Positions 29,905 to 40,612 are shown, counted from the stretch's first letter. The stretch: 62,778 bases of DNA from Candidatus Muiribacteriota bacterium (GCA_051747805.1 JBNJGP010000003.1:1-62778), one strand, 5' to 3'. Numbers and translations: made by a program. Notes: generated from the sequence alone by a model not told the origin.

Positions 29905-31071
29905 TTACTCTCCTATAATCAAATATTTTTCAGGGTCAACAGGCTCACCGTTTTTTCTTATTTCAAAATGCAGTTTAGCCTCTTGATCATCATCTGTTAA
30001 AACAGTTGCCATCCTGTCACCTGTTTCAACAGGCTGGCCAATTCTTGCAAAAATATCATCTAGATAAGTATATACTGTTGTAAATTCATCAGAATGTCTT
30101 ATTATTAAAACTTTTCCAAGACCACTCATACCACCTATATAAACAACTGAGCCCGAAGCTGAAGCCAATACCCAGTCGTTTGAATTAACTTCAATATCTA
30201 TTCCCTGATTATTAAACAATGTATTAAACTCATTTTCCTGCCTTCCATATGAGAGAATAATTTGTCTTAAAGCTGTAAGAGGCCAGTGAAACTCAAGTTC
30301 CTTTTCATCTTCTTCCTCTTTTTGCCCCTTATCTTCCTTACTATCTTCTTTATCGGGTGTTTTTGTTTTTTCTTGAATAATTCTTACAATTTCTCCATAA
30401 TCCTGATTAATTGTTTCATATCTTTTTTCTAATTCTTCTTTTTCATTACTGGCCTTGATAAGTAATTTTTCCTGTTCTTCAATAATTTTCTTATAACTTT
30501 TTTCTTTATTCTCAAGTTCATCAAAAAAAATCTGCAGTTCTTCCTGCTGTTTTTTTATTTTTTCTTCAACCTTAATAAATTCTTTTAAATCAGATTTCAT
30601 TGCATCTACTAAAATTAACTCTTCTCTCAGCACTTTTTTCATAACTTTGTATTTTCTTATAAACTGATTAAAAGACTCTGTATTAAATAAAACCCTTGAA
30701 TAATCAAGACCCTGTCTTTTATATAATTGAACAAGATGAGCTTCAATAACAGGGATTTTTTCCCCCAGTGTTTCTTCCAGATTTTCTTTTTTGGTCTGAA
30801 GTTCTTGGAGCTCTGCGCTTAATTCATTAATTCTTTTTTTGACAAACTCAATTTCTTCACTTATTTCCTTTTCCTGTTCTGAAATTTCTGACAGTTTGAA
30901 AATAATTTGATTTTCCTGTTTTTTTGCAGAGTTAAGAAGCACTTCAACCTGTCTTCTTCTAAGCTCTATTTCCTCTTTATCCTGCTTATATTCATCAACT
31001 GTTGAAGCATATAAAGAAATATTCCATATAGATATAGTTATTATTATTAATTTAAAGCAAATTTTAAACAT
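29905..31071 (-). CDS. envC: Murein hydrolase activator EnvC (coiled coil plus degenerate M23 domain)
   Basis: Signal peptide, long coiled coil, C-terminal M23 in which HxGxD reads NQGID and YxH reads YTY; next to ftsX. Confidence 0.85.
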   Translation of the reverse strand: MFKICFKLIIITISIWNISLYASTVDEYKQDKEEIELRRRQVEVLLNSAKKQENQIIFKLSEISEQEKEISEEIEFVKKRINELSAELQELQTKKENLEETLGEKIPVIEAHLVQLYKRQGLDYSRVLFNTESFNQFIRKYKVMKKVLREELILVDAMKSDLKEFIKVEEKIKKQQEELQIFFDELENKEKSYKKIIEEQEKLLIKASNEKEELEKRYETINQDYGEIVRIIQEKTKTPDKEDSKEDKGQKEEEDEKELEFHWPLTALRQIILSYGRQENEFNTLFNNQGIDIEVNSNDWVLASASGSVVYIGGMSGLGKVLIIRHSDEFTTVYTYLDDIFARIGQPVETGDRMATVLTDDDQEAKLHFEIRKNGEPVDPEKYLIIGE

Positions 31072-31954
31072 CTAAAAATTTCCTTACAGAAATCAGGGAG
31101 CCAATGACCCCTAGAAAAACACCAGAAAAGATTAATTTAGCATAAAGTTTAAAAAGTTCTGCTGAATCAGTTACAAACGGAATAAAAGGTAAAATCTCTT
31201 TTAAATTTGAAACAAGCTGAGGATATGATATTCCAATAATAATAACAGCCAGCAGGGCGCCAGTAAATCCCTGAATTATTCCCTCAAGAATAAATGGAAA
31301 CCTTATAAACCCGTTTGTTGCACCAACAAGCTTCATTATTTCTATTTCATCCTTACGAGCATAAACTGTTAACTTAATTGTATTTGATACTATAAACATC
31401 GAAGCAATCCCCAGTAAAACAACAAGTACAGTTCCCAGAATTCTCAAAACCCGAGTTATTTTATTAAAATTCTCAACAATTTCCTGACCATAAAAAATAT
31501 CATCTATAATAACAAATTCTTTTTTCAAGTCTGTAATCAGGGAATGTACAGAAAGGGCTGTTTTCATTCTAAGCTCTATTGAATCCGGTAGAGGATTAGA
31601 ATCAAGAACATTAAGCAGAAAATCTTCTTCGCGCAAATCTTCTTTTAATATATTTAAAGCCTCATCACGTGAAACAAATTTAAAGCTTTCAACTTCTCCC
31701 GACTTTCTAAGGAAGTCTTCTAATGCAGAATAATCTTCTTTTTCATATTCAGACTCAAGATAAATAGTAACATCAACCTGACCTTCCAATACTTGAGCAA
31801 ATTCATTCAAATTCATCGAAAAAATAAGTATAAGACCAAAAATACCCATTGAAATAGTAATTATTGTAATCGAAGTTACGCTCATTAATCCACCACGAAC
31901 GAAACTAATCAAAGCCTCTTTTAAAAAATATGCCCCATCATTAATCAGCTTCAT
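31064..31954 (-). CDS. ftsX: Cell division permease FtsX
   Basis: NPLPDS, IVSNTIKLTVYARKDEIEIMKLVGAT, FILEG. Confidence 0.95.
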   Translation of the reverse strand: MKLINDGAYFLKEALISFVRGGLMSVTSITIITISMGIFGLILIFSMNLNEFAQVLEGQVDVTIYLESEYEKEDYSALEDFLRKSGEVESFKFVSRDEALNILKEDLREEDFLLNVLDSNPLPDSIELRMKTALSVHSLITDLKKEFVIIDDIFYGQEIVENFNKITRVLRILGTVLVVLLGIASMFIVSNTIKLTVYARKDEIEIMKLVGATNGFIRFPFILEGIIQGFTGALLAVIIIGISYPQLVSNLKEILPFIPFVTDSAELFKLYAKLIFSGVFLGVIGSLISVRKFLDV

Positions 31955-32630
31955 AGCTGTAAAAACCTCTTTCTTTATCGTTTATTAATCTACCTTCTTT
32001 CAAAACTATAACCCTCTCGCGCATCTTATCTACAATATTTTTTGAATGTGTTGCCATTATCACAGTTGTTCCGCGCAAATTAATTTCTTTTAACATCTTC
32101 ATTATTTCATCTGAAATACCAGGGTCCAGATTTCCCGTTGGTTCATCTGTAAGCAAAATAGCGGGGTCATTAACCAATGCCCTGGCAATACAAATTCTCT
32201 GCTGTTCCCCACCGGAAACCTGTTCTGGATACATTCGGGCTTTATGAATTAATCCAACCATATCCAGAGCTCTTTTTGTATTAACATCTATAACGGATTC
32301 AGGCATTCCAATAACTCTTAAAGCAAAAGCAACATTTTCGTACACTGTTCTTTTTCTTAAAAGTTTAAAATCCTGGAATACAACCCCGACATTTCTTCTT
32401 AAAAATGGAACTTTTTTACTTTTAAGTCTCTCAATATTTCTACCATCAATAATTACATGTCCGTCTGTAGGAAGTTCTTCTCTGAAAATAAGCCTTAAAA
32501 AAGTTGATTTCCCGGCTCCTGAAGGACCAATCAAAAAAATAAATTCTCCGCGGTCAATTTCAACATTTATATTATCCAGAGCCCTGACACCATTATTATA
32601 TACTTTGGATACATTGTACATCTGAATCAT
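31941..32630 (-). CDS. ftsE: Cell division ATP-binding protein FtsE
   Basis: GPSGAGKST, LRRNVGVVFQDFKLL, SGGEQQR, DEPTGNLD. Confidence 0.96.
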   Translation of the reverse strand: MIQMYNVSKVYNNGVRALDNINVEIDRGEFIFLIGPSGAGKSTFLRLIFREELPTDGHVIIDGRNIERLKSKKVPFLRRNVGVVFQDFKLLRKRTVYENVAFALRVIGMPESVIDVNTKRALDMVGLIHKARMYPEQVSGGEQQRICIARALVNDPAILLTDEPTGNLDPGISDEIMKMLKEINLRGTTVIMATHSKNIVDKMRERVIVLKEGRLINDKERGFYSYEAD

Positions 32631-34534
32631 TTTTTACTCCAGTTAAATTTTAAAAATTTTATTCCGTTAAATGCCGTTATTAAAATAATACCTGTTATTA
32701 ATCCTAAAATCAATCCATTTACACTTCTATGCACACTGACTGTTAATGGAATGTGAAAATGCATAAAAGTATTAAAGAGGCTCGACTGGCCAATAATAAT
32801 TAAAAACATAAAAAATACATAGAAAAAACCTTTTCTTGAATAAAATTTTTTTAAGCTGAAAAACATTAAAACAGGATATAAAAACAGAAATTCTTTGGTT
32901 CTTGGCCTTGAAACAAAAAAATCTTCAAGAAAATTTCTGATATAACTCTCGCCAGGTATCATAAAAGAGGCCCCAAGATTTGATGAGCGTATAATATAGT
33001 ATGCTAAAAGGAAAAATGAAAAAGTAAAAACAATTAAATGTTTTAATTTTATATTTTTTTCAAACAAATCAAAAATTTTAACCCTGTTTGAAATTATTAG
33101 ATAAAAACATAAACCGGCGATAGGAATTATCAAAGAAAATTTAACTCCTCTAAAAAGAAAATCCCCCTGCAGAAAACGTTCATCATAAAAGCTTGAAAGC
33201 ACGAGAGCAACACCACAAATATTATATGATATAAGTTCAAAAATATTATTTATAACCAGTGAAAGTTTTTTAAAGCTTTTTTTTAAAAACCTGATTTTTA
33301 AAAGATTTAAAGAGTTAACAGGAATAATAATAGAGGTCAAAAAAGCAAGAAACTGCCTAATTCGTATGCTCTGATAATAACTTGAGTTTAAATAATAGAA
33401 AACAACTATTCCAATAATCAGGGAAAGAATCAAAAACTCTTTCCACCCAATTTTAAATAACATCTTTAATGAATAAAAAATAAAAATCAACAGAGATAAA
33501 ACAACAATGTTTAAATATAATGTACGGTTTTTTAAGGGGATAAGTTTCATATAATGAGAATTTCTGTTTATGTATCCTTCATTAAAAAGCTCTTCTCTGA
33601 AATTTTTTAAAAAGGCCAAAGTCTCATTAAGATTAAGATTATCAATTCTATATTCTATAAAAGAGTTTCTTCTTTCAATTACAGCTTTATATAACCTTCT
33701 TTTAATATCCTTGAAATTATCATAATCTATATCTTCAATTAAATGCCCTCTCAGGTAAGGGTATGGAATATTATAGTTTTTAAACTCATAATCTACTTTT
33801 AAAATATCATTTATAAGCAAATATGAATTAAGCTTCTGTGTAATATTCCGGGCTATTATATATTCTGGTTTATACTCTGACTGTTTAAGAAAAGCAAAAA
33901 TTGCCCCCTCTTTTACTTCTCTTAAATCATAGGCTATATCAAAACCCGCCCTGTTTAATTTATGTATTTTATCAATATCAAAACCATAATATAAATCAAG
34001 AAGTTTATCTTTTGAAAAAGGGGTAGAAAGAATATAAAAATTTTTTTTATTATTTCTGGCCCCATATGATTTAACTATTACTTCAATTCTTTCATCTGGA
34101 TTAACAGATTTAATTTTATTTTCTACTTTTTCAATCAGAGAATAATTATCAGTATAAACATATGTATTTTGTCCGGAAATTTCCTTTAAACTCAAGACTT
34201 CAAGTATATAAGGAGTTAAAATTGCCTGAACCTGCAGATTATTTATTATTTCACTACCTTTTAAAACCATTATTTCACCTTCATCTTCTAAATGGGAAAA
34301 CTTTTTTGGCGAAACAAGAAGAACATCAATTAAATTTTGAATATTTTTTTCTTTTAATAAATCAAAAAAATATAAATTAGTTTTTTTTTCAATATTTGAA
34401 AAAGAAGCTGCAATCGAAAAAGATTTATTGTTATTTTCAGATAAAATTCTATGTGATAATATGTAGGAGGAAATAATCAGGCCCGGTACAATAAAAAATA
34501 ATACAATAATTTTTAATAAAAGGGATTTATTCAT
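32627..34534 (-). CDS. DUF5693 family membrane protein
   Basis: Periplasmic domain plus C-terminal TM bundle with FRGVK, SRPRTKEFL, NTFMHFHIP signatures. Confidence 0.75.
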   Translation of the reverse strand: MNKSLLLKIIVLFFIVPGLIISSYILSHRILSENNNKSFSIAASFSNIEKKTNLYFFDLLKEKNIQNLIDVLLVSPKKFSHLEDEGEIMVLKGSEIINNLQVQAILTPYILEVLSLKEISGQNTYVYTDNYSLIEKVENKIKSVNPDERIEVIVKSYGARNNKKNFYILSTPFSKDKLLDLYYGFDIDKIHKLNRAGFDIAYDLREVKEGAIFAFLKQSEYKPEYIIARNITQKLNSYLLINDILKVDYEFKNYNIPYPYLRGHLIEDIDYDNFKDIKRRLYKAVIERRNSFIEYRIDNLNLNETLAFLKNFREELFNEGYINRNSHYMKLIPLKNRTLYLNIVVLSLLIFIFYSLKMLFKIGWKEFLILSLIIGIVVFYYLNSSYYQSIRIRQFLAFLTSIIIPVNSLNLLKIRFLKKSFKKLSLVINNIFELISYNICGVALVLSSFYDERFLQGDFLFRGVKFSLIIPIAGLCFYLIISNRVKIFDLFEKNIKLKHLIVFTFSFFLLAYYIIRSSNLGASFMIPGESYIRNFLEDFFVSRPRTKEFLFLYPVLMFFSLKKFYSRKGFFYVFFMFLIIIGQSSLFNTFMHFHIPLTVSVHRSVNGLILGLITGIILITAFNGIKFLKFNWSKK

Positions 34535-35279
34535 TTAAAAGTGCTTTCCTGTCTTTATTTTTGTCGAAACTGCTTATCACACCCTTTTGTGGGTACATAG
34601 TTATGTTATCAACCTCAATATCAAAACCAAATTCTCCGATATCCAGAACCGGATTTATAGTTTTGATAATATTATTAAGCATAAACCTAGGAAGCCTTAT
34701 TCTACTAACTTTTATATAATCTGTTTTAAAATAAACATATCTTTTATCTTTAATCTCAAACCTTCCCCTTGACTCAACACTGGAGCTCATGAACATAGCC
34801 CGGACATTCCCACTTAAAATTATTTTATCTTTTCTTATTTTAACGTCAGGATTTCCAACTTTTATTTTATCCTGTTTTTTTTTCAATAAATTATTTAATT
34901 CTTTTTCAGAGATTTCAACATATATACGAGCCTGCATTTCAGAATTGGGTTTAAGTTTATTTTTATTATAAAGAGCATCTAAATCTAATTTTATATTTGA
35001 GAGCTCCAAATAAAGAAAGTCTGTAAGCAAATCATCTAAAAGAATCTTTTCAGAAACAATTTTTATATAGGGCAAATATCCTGTTACAAGGTTATAATAT
35101 CCAATTTCAGGAAATATAAAATCAATCTTTTCAAACTCGCCTTCAAAATATTTTTCTGCTATTACATTAGAAATAAGAGATTTAAATTCTTCAGGATCAC
35201 TTGAATAAGCAAAAATACTGGAAAAAGCAAGGTTAATAAAAATAAAATTAATAAAAATAACTACTATAAACTTCTTCAT
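34527..35279 (-). CDS. DUF2993/LmeA-like lipid-binding protein (probable)
   Basis: Signal peptide, then a tubular-lipid-binding-like pattern (ISEKELNNLL...INPVLDIGEF.F.IEV..I). Confidence 0.55.
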   Translation of the reverse strand: MKKFIVVIFINFIFINLAFSSIFAYSSDPEEFKSLISNVIAEKYFEGEFEKIDFIFPEIGYYNLVTGYLPYIKIVSEKILLDDLLTDFLYLELSNIKLDLDALYNKNKLKPNSEMQARIYVEISEKELNNLLKKKQDKIKVGNPDVKIRKDKIILSGNVRAMFMSSSVESRGRFEIKDKRYVYFKTDYIKVSRIRLPRFMLNNIIKTINPVLDIGEFGFDIEVDNITMYPQKGVISSFDKNKDRKALLNE

Positions 35280-35289
35280 ATAATTTTAA

Positions 35290-36066
35290 TTATTCCCCCC
35301 ATACGTTCATTAATCTATTAATAAACTCAGAATGTGCTTCGTTTTTTAGATTTATATCTGAAACTCCCATAGACAGGTAACCCTGCGGTCCAAATAAAAA
35401 ATCTAATCTAGTAACTTTATGTAAGTCCTCTGTTAAGTTAAAAACTCTTTTATTTTCAACAAAACCGGTATCAAAATCACGTTTGTTAATTATAAAGTCA
35501 AGAAAATCTATTTTATTACAAATTTGTCTGAAATTAAAGTAATTGGTATCAAGTATTAATACTACTTTATTTTTATCTTTTTCTACTTCAGAATTTTTTA
35601 GAAAAAATCTTCTTAAAGCTTCAATATGATCAAGTTTTTTATAATTTCTTCTTTCATAGTTTATATTATCAGAAAGATGAAGAAAAAAAACAGCCCCTTT
35701 ATCATGGAATGCATATTTATAATAGTCAAGAAAAGAAGATTGACGGGAATACTTTGGCTTTAATGAACTTATTAAAACTTTATCATAATTATTATTAACT
35801 TCCAGAAAAAATTCGCCCTCAAAAAGCTGGAGTATAAACTTTGTTCCAAACTTTGATATAATATCTTCATTAAACTGATTTATAACAAATAAACTATTAT
35901 CCAGATTTGAATGGGTTCTTTCTTTCAAACTGAAACTTTGTGAAAAATTATTCAGGTTAAGCTCTCTAAGAAAATAAAACGAGGCTGTTTCAAACCTGGT
36001 AACCCCCAGGCTTACTATAGTAAAAAAAAATAAAAAAAATATATATAATTTAATTTTAATGCTCAT
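35290..36066 (-). CDS. Hypothetical exported protein
   Basis: 258-aa ORF with N-terminal signal/TM, coupled in the operon; no confident family. Confidence 0.7.
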   Translation of the reverse strand: MSIKIKLYIFFLFFFTIVSLGVTRFETASFYFLRELNLNNFSQSFSLKERTHSNLDNSLFVINQFNEDIISKFGTKFILQLFEGEFFLEVNNNYDKVLISSLKPKYSRQSSFLDYYKYAFHDKGAVFFLHLSDNINYERRNYKKLDHIEALRRFFLKNSEVEKDKNKVVLILDTNYFNFRQICNKIDFLDFIINKRDFDTGFVENKRVFNLTEDLHKVTRLDFLFGPQGYLSMGVSDINLKNEAHSEFINRLMNVWGE

Positions 36067-37615
36067 CTTTCATTTTATCCGCCGAAAAAATACAAACTTT
36101 ATTTCTACCACTTTCTTTTGCATAATACAAGGCTGTATCAGCCTTTTTTATAAGTTCCATTTTTTCTGTTGAGTCTTTTGGGAATCCAGATATTCCAAGA
36201 CTGACAGTAACTTTGAATTTTTCACCTTTTTCGCTTTTTACTACTAGATTTTCGATATTTTCACGTACTCTTTCTGCAACAATATAGGCAGATTTTTCAT
36301 CAGTTTCTGGAAGAACCGCAATAAATTCCTCGCCACCATATCTCGCAACAAGATCTACTTTGTTTCTAACACTTTGTTTAAAAACTTTTGCAACATTTTC
36401 AAGAACAAGGTCTCCAATCTGATGCCCATATGTATCATTAAAGCCCTTGAAATGGTCAATATCACTCATTATAACCGCCAGTGGACGTTTGTATCTGGTT
36501 GCCCTTCCTAATTCTTCTGTTAAATATTCCTGAAAGAATCTATGCGTATATAGCTTTGTTAAACCATCAACGTTGGCCATAAACTCAACTTTTTTGAACA
36601 GCTTGGAATTTTCAAGAGATAATGTAGAAATATTGAGTAAAATAGAAAACATTCTTATATGTTCTTTAGTGATTCTACTTTTCATTTTATTAATAACTAA
36701 TACAGCATAGACCTGTCCTTCTTCTGACTCGACCGGAGCAGCGATTTCAATATCAACTTTATCCATTTTATGAAGCTCAGTAAGCTGGAAATTCTTTTTA
36801 ATATCATCTTTTGTAATAATTGAACGATTCTTTAAAATCATTCCAATAATACCATCTTTTCCATTAATTTTTAGGTTTTTTATTTTTTCTTTATCAACAT
36901 TATGGCTTGTAGATATTTTCAAATCTTTGTTTTTATCAAAAATCAAAACCATAGTCTGCTCTGAATCAATAAGCTTGATAGTGGCTTCAATTATTGAGTT
37001 AAAAATTCTTTTCGGTTCAAATGAAGAGCCAATTTCGCTTGCGAATTCTTTTAAAACAAGAGTCCTTGATGAAAGCTCCACGATTTTACCCTGAAGCTCA
37101 TCTATTGTTTTTTCATATCTTTCAATATCTGTTTTAAACTTATTTGTTTCTTTAATACTATTTAAAGCCTCTTTAAGCTTTTTTTTCAGGTAAAATGTAT
37201 TAGCCTTAATTAGGTCAAAAATATATACAATAGAATAATTAAAAAGAATATACCATAAAGCCCCGGGATTATTAAATAGTGAATTAACCGAAAAATTTCT
37301 AATTCCATGAGTAAAAAAAATTAAAATGTAATTTCCAAGCGAAGGTTGTAAATTGAAATCTTTTAGTTTCTGTGCATAATCTAAAGGAGAAAAAAACACA
37401 AATAATAACAGTGTAATGTTTGCACAGGAAATAAATAAAATTCTTTCTTTTTTTTGCTCAGAATACCAGCAAAAAAGAATACATAAAAAACTGACCATTA
37501 AAAAAGTTAATGGATTATTACCGAAATTTGGTAAAATTAAATTTATAAAAAAATTTATGAAAAATAATGTAATTAGTATTAATGAAAAACCAATCCAAAT
37601 GCTTCGTTTATCCAT
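36056..37615 (-). CDS. Membrane-bound GAF-GGDEF diguanylate cyclase
   Basis: About 5 TM, coiled coil, GAF, DGLTKLY, DIDHFKGFNDTYGHQIGD, RYGGEEF, ADTALYYAKESGRN. Confidence 0.92.
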   Translation of the reverse strand: MDKRSIWIGFSLILITLFFINFFINLILPNFGNNPLTFLMVSFLCILFCWYSEQKKERILFISCANITLLLFVFFSPLDYAQKLKDFNLQPSLGNYILIFFTHGIRNFSVNSLFNNPGALWYILFNYSIVYIFDLIKANTFYLKKKLKEALNSIKETNKFKTDIERYEKTIDELQGKIVELSSRTLVLKEFASEIGSSFEPKRIFNSIIEATIKLIDSEQTMVLIFDKNKDLKISTSHNVDKEKIKNLKINGKDGIIGMILKNRSIITKDDIKKNFQLTELHKMDKVDIEIAAPVESEEGQVYAVLVINKMKSRITKEHIRMFSILLNISTLSLENSKLFKKVEFMANVDGLTKLYTHRFFQEYLTEELGRATRYKRPLAVIMSDIDHFKGFNDTYGHQIGDLVLENVAKVFKQSVRNKVDLVARYGGEEFIAVLPETDEKSAYIVAERVRENIENLVVKSEKGEKFKVTVSLGISGFPKDSTEKMELIKKADTALYYAKESGRNKVCIFSADKMKDEH

Positions 37616-37682
37616 ATAAAAATCCTCTGGGTTAATTATTTCATAAAACTGAAGCGAAAGTCAAGTTTAAAAAAGACTGTTA

Positions 37683-39674
37683 TTAAAATTTGAAAATATC
37701 ATCTTCTTCTGAAGATTCTTTCTTTTCCGGTAAAGAAGGGTTTTCTTTAGATTTCTGCGGTGAATTTTCCTGATTTGCAGAATCAGGCGAAGAGGTTACT
37801 CCCTGTTCTTCGGCAGCACATCTAACCTGGTTTCTGCCTCCTTCTTTAGCAATATACAATCCCTCATCTGCCAGTTTAACAAGATTTTCAACATCTTTTG
37901 CATGATCAGGATAAGTTGAAACTCCTACACTTATAGTAACAGAAAGTTCTTCACCTTTTTGTTTATATTTTCTTCCTGCCACTGCCTTACGCATTTCTTC
38001 TCCTAGTTCTTTAGCCGTTTCTGTGTCAGTATCAGGCATTACATAGACAAATTCTTCTCCACCATACCTTGCAGTTAAATCTTCATCTCTTTCAAGGCTT
38101 TTCATAACTTTAGCTGTCTGTTCAAGCACAAAATCACCAATTTGATGACCATATGTATCGTTGAAATCCTTGAAATGATCAATATCAGTCATGAAAAGAG
38201 ATATTTTCTCCCCTGATGTTGAAGCACGGGATATAGCTTCCTTAAGAAAGTCATTGAAATATCTGTTATTATTTAATCCTGTTAACCCGTCTGTATTTGC
38301 CATTTCAACAGTTTTCTGATAAAGATGAGCATTTTTAATAGTTAAGCCCGTTAAAGTTGCCAGCAGAAGTAAAAGCCTGCCATCTTCCTGAATATTTTTA
38401 TCATTTTCAGTATCTCCAATTACAATAAGACCCAGAACTTCTTCTGCATGAACAAGAGGCGCTACCATGACAACATCAATATTCATTTTCTTTATAAGCT
38501 CATTAACATTAAAATCTTTTTTTGCAATATCAGTAGTAACCAGATTTTTAGAAGTCAATACATATTTAAACAAGTTTTCTGAGTTATCTTTTAAATTAAC
38601 TTTAATTCCATTTAAATCAGAAATTGGATAACCTTTATATTTTTTAGGATAAATTTTTTCTTTCTTTTTATCCAGCATAAAAATCGCACATTTTTTTGCT
38701 CCAAAAAGTTTTGAGGCAGAATTCATAACTTCATCAAGCGCACCCTCAAGATTAAGACTAGCTCCTAAAACCTGAGAAAGCATTTGAAGACTGATAATTC
38801 GTGAAGAAAGCTTTGCTATCTTATCACCAGCTTTTTTAAATTCTTTTTCAGCTTTTCTTAATTTATTAAGGGAGGCTTCTTTCTTTTTGTTTTCTGTTTC
38901 CAGTTTTAAAATCTTGTTTTCATTAGAATGATATTCTTTAGAAAAAGCAATTCCAAGGTATGATCCAAATAAAACAAAAATTCCTGATTTAATTAAAATA
39001 TCTGTAAACACAAAGGATTGATTAAAATTATAAAAAGCATCAAGACCCGGAACAAAACCAGTTTCTGAAAAGATTTTAAATATTTCTGATAAATATTTAA
39101 CACCTGATTCAACAACAAACCCCCTGAAGTATGCGGCCATTAAAGCCCATAATAAAGCATAAAAAAGTGAGGAACCAACACCACCTAAAGCCCCGAATTT
39201 CAGAGAATAAATAATGATTAAAAGCAATGCAATAAAAGAAAATACGTTAATTAAAATAAATCTTGTTTCAATTATTGAAGAAAAGTTTTCTAATTTTTTT
39301 TCATATTCCTGATAAGTACTTTCATGAACTTTATTGCGACCGGAACCTATTATTTTAAGTTTAAGAGCCGAAATATAATTATCTACAGAACCTATATTAG
39401 AAGCAAGTAAAGACATTCCCGGATCTATTAAATCTTCGTTATTATTTAACAGGGCGTCCATACTATATAATTCCGGATCGGCAGAATCATATATTTCATC
39501 ACGCAGCACTTCAGTATTCTGAGGTACAACATCGTTGTATGCCTGTGAAATATTGGACTTAACAGTTCTTGAAAGCAAATCAGGAGATACTGCATAAAAC
39601 ATCCCGGCAATAGCAATTATATTTAATAGAATAAAAATTATTTTTTTCATTTTACCAGAATCCAATTTCTCCAA
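37683..39674 (-). CDS. Membrane-bound GAF-GGDEF diguanylate cyclase
   Basis: TM, periplasmic region, TM bundle, coiled coil, GAF, DGLTGL, DIDHFKDFNDTYGH, RDED-LTA-RYGGEEF. Confidence 0.92.
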   Translation of the reverse strand: MEKLDSGKMKKIIFILLNIIAIAGMFYAVSPDLLSRTVKSNISQAYNDVVPQNTEVLRDEIYDSADPELYSMDALLNNNEDLIDPGMSLLASNIGSVDNYISALKLKIIGSGRNKVHESTYQEYEKKLENFSSIIETRFILINVFSFIALLLIIIYSLKFGALGGVGSSLFYALLWALMAAYFRGFVVESGVKYLSEIFKIFSETGFVPGLDAFYNFNQSFVFTDILIKSGIFVLFGSYLGIAFSKEYHSNENKILKLETENKKKEASLNKLRKAEKEFKKAGDKIAKLSSRIISLQMLSQVLGASLNLEGALDEVMNSASKLFGAKKCAIFMLDKKKEKIYPKKYKGYPISDLNGIKVNLKDNSENLFKYVLTSKNLVTTDIAKKDFNVNELIKKMNIDVVMVAPLVHAEEVLGLIVIGDTENDKNIQEDGRLLLLLATLTGLTIKNAHLYQKTVEMANTDGLTGLNNNRYFNDFLKEAISRASTSGEKISLFMTDIDHFKDFNDTYGHQIGDFVLEQTAKVMKSLERDEDLTARYGGEEFVYVMPDTDTETAKELGEEMRKAVAGRKYKQKGEELSVTISVGVSTYPDHAKDVENLVKLADEGLYIAKEGGRNQVRCAAEEQGVTSSPDSANQENSPQKSKENPSLPEKKESSEEDDIFKF

Positions 39675-40602
39675 TATCTAAATTATTTTTAATAATATTA
39701 TCAGAAAATATTTTATCTGACAAATAATATTCTTTTATACCAATGTTAAGACAGTTCTTATCAAAAACAATAACCTCTACGGGCAAATTCAATTTTGTAT
39801 TTCTCAAATAATCAATTATTTTTCTCTGCAGTTTTTCTTCAAAAACCGCACTTACATAAAAATATTGATTATCTTTTCTTGAGTAACCTGCTACAATGTC
39901 ACCATATATAAATATGAAGTCATTTTCTATATTGTTTTTCAGTACTTTTATTAAAAAATCAAAAAGATTATTATAATTATTCTGCATGGAAAAGGTAAAA
40001 ACAGGACATTCTTTTAAAAAGTCAAACCCCAGCTCATCAAGGCGCATAACCGGAAGATGTTCAACTATAAAATCATCTGATTCAGGCGGAAAAAGATAAT
40101 AAATAAGATAAATAAACATGACGTTTCCCGACGGTATAAACTCAATAATATGTTCTTTTTTTATATTACTTCCTTTTAATAAATCCTCTATTCTTTTTTC
40201 AAGAAAAGTATTAAGCTCTTTTCTAAAAAATAGGGGTTCATTTTTAAACTCACTTTTATCCTTAAGACCAATAGAATAAGAAGATTTTTTTGTTGAAACT
40301 ATTAATTTAGCATTTTTATCGAATAAAAACATTTCTATATTATCATTATTAAAAACAGTCCATAGGGCAAATTGCTTATGTAATTGATTTTTTGGATAAA
40401 CCGAAACAATCTGACTCTCATTAATATAAAAACTGAACTCTTTATAACCCTGATAATATAGCTTAATAAGCTCTCTTAAGGCGTACAATTTTATATTATT
40501 AACTTTTTTGTTCTCATTTTTTAATATTTCAAAAACATTATCTATTAAACTTTTATTTTTATATGGCAGAAATGATAAATCACCATAAATAAATTTTTTC
40601 AT
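39652..40602 (-). CDS. Hypothetical cytoplasmic protein
   Basis: Long ORF overlapping the downstream cyclase start; start taken as ATG at 40602 (MKKFIYG) after GAGGGG; no confident family. Confidence 0.7.
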   Translation of the reverse strand: MKKFIYGDLSFLPYKNKSLIDNVFEILKNENKKVNNIKLYALRELIKLYYQGYKEFSFYINESQIVSVYPKNQLHKQFALWTVFNNDNIEMFLFDKNAKLIVSTKKSSYSIGLKDKSEFKNEPLFFRKELNTFLEKRIEDLLKGSNIKKEHIIEFIPSGNVMFIYLIYYLFPPESDDFIVEHLPVMRLDELGFDFLKECPVFTFSMQNNYNNLFDFLIKVLKNNIENDFIFIYGDIVAGYSRKDNQYFYVSAVFEEKLQRKIIDYLRNTKLNLPVEVIVFDKNCLNIGIKEYYLSDKIFSDNIIKNNLDIGEIGFW

Positions 40603-40612
40603 TAAACCCCTC

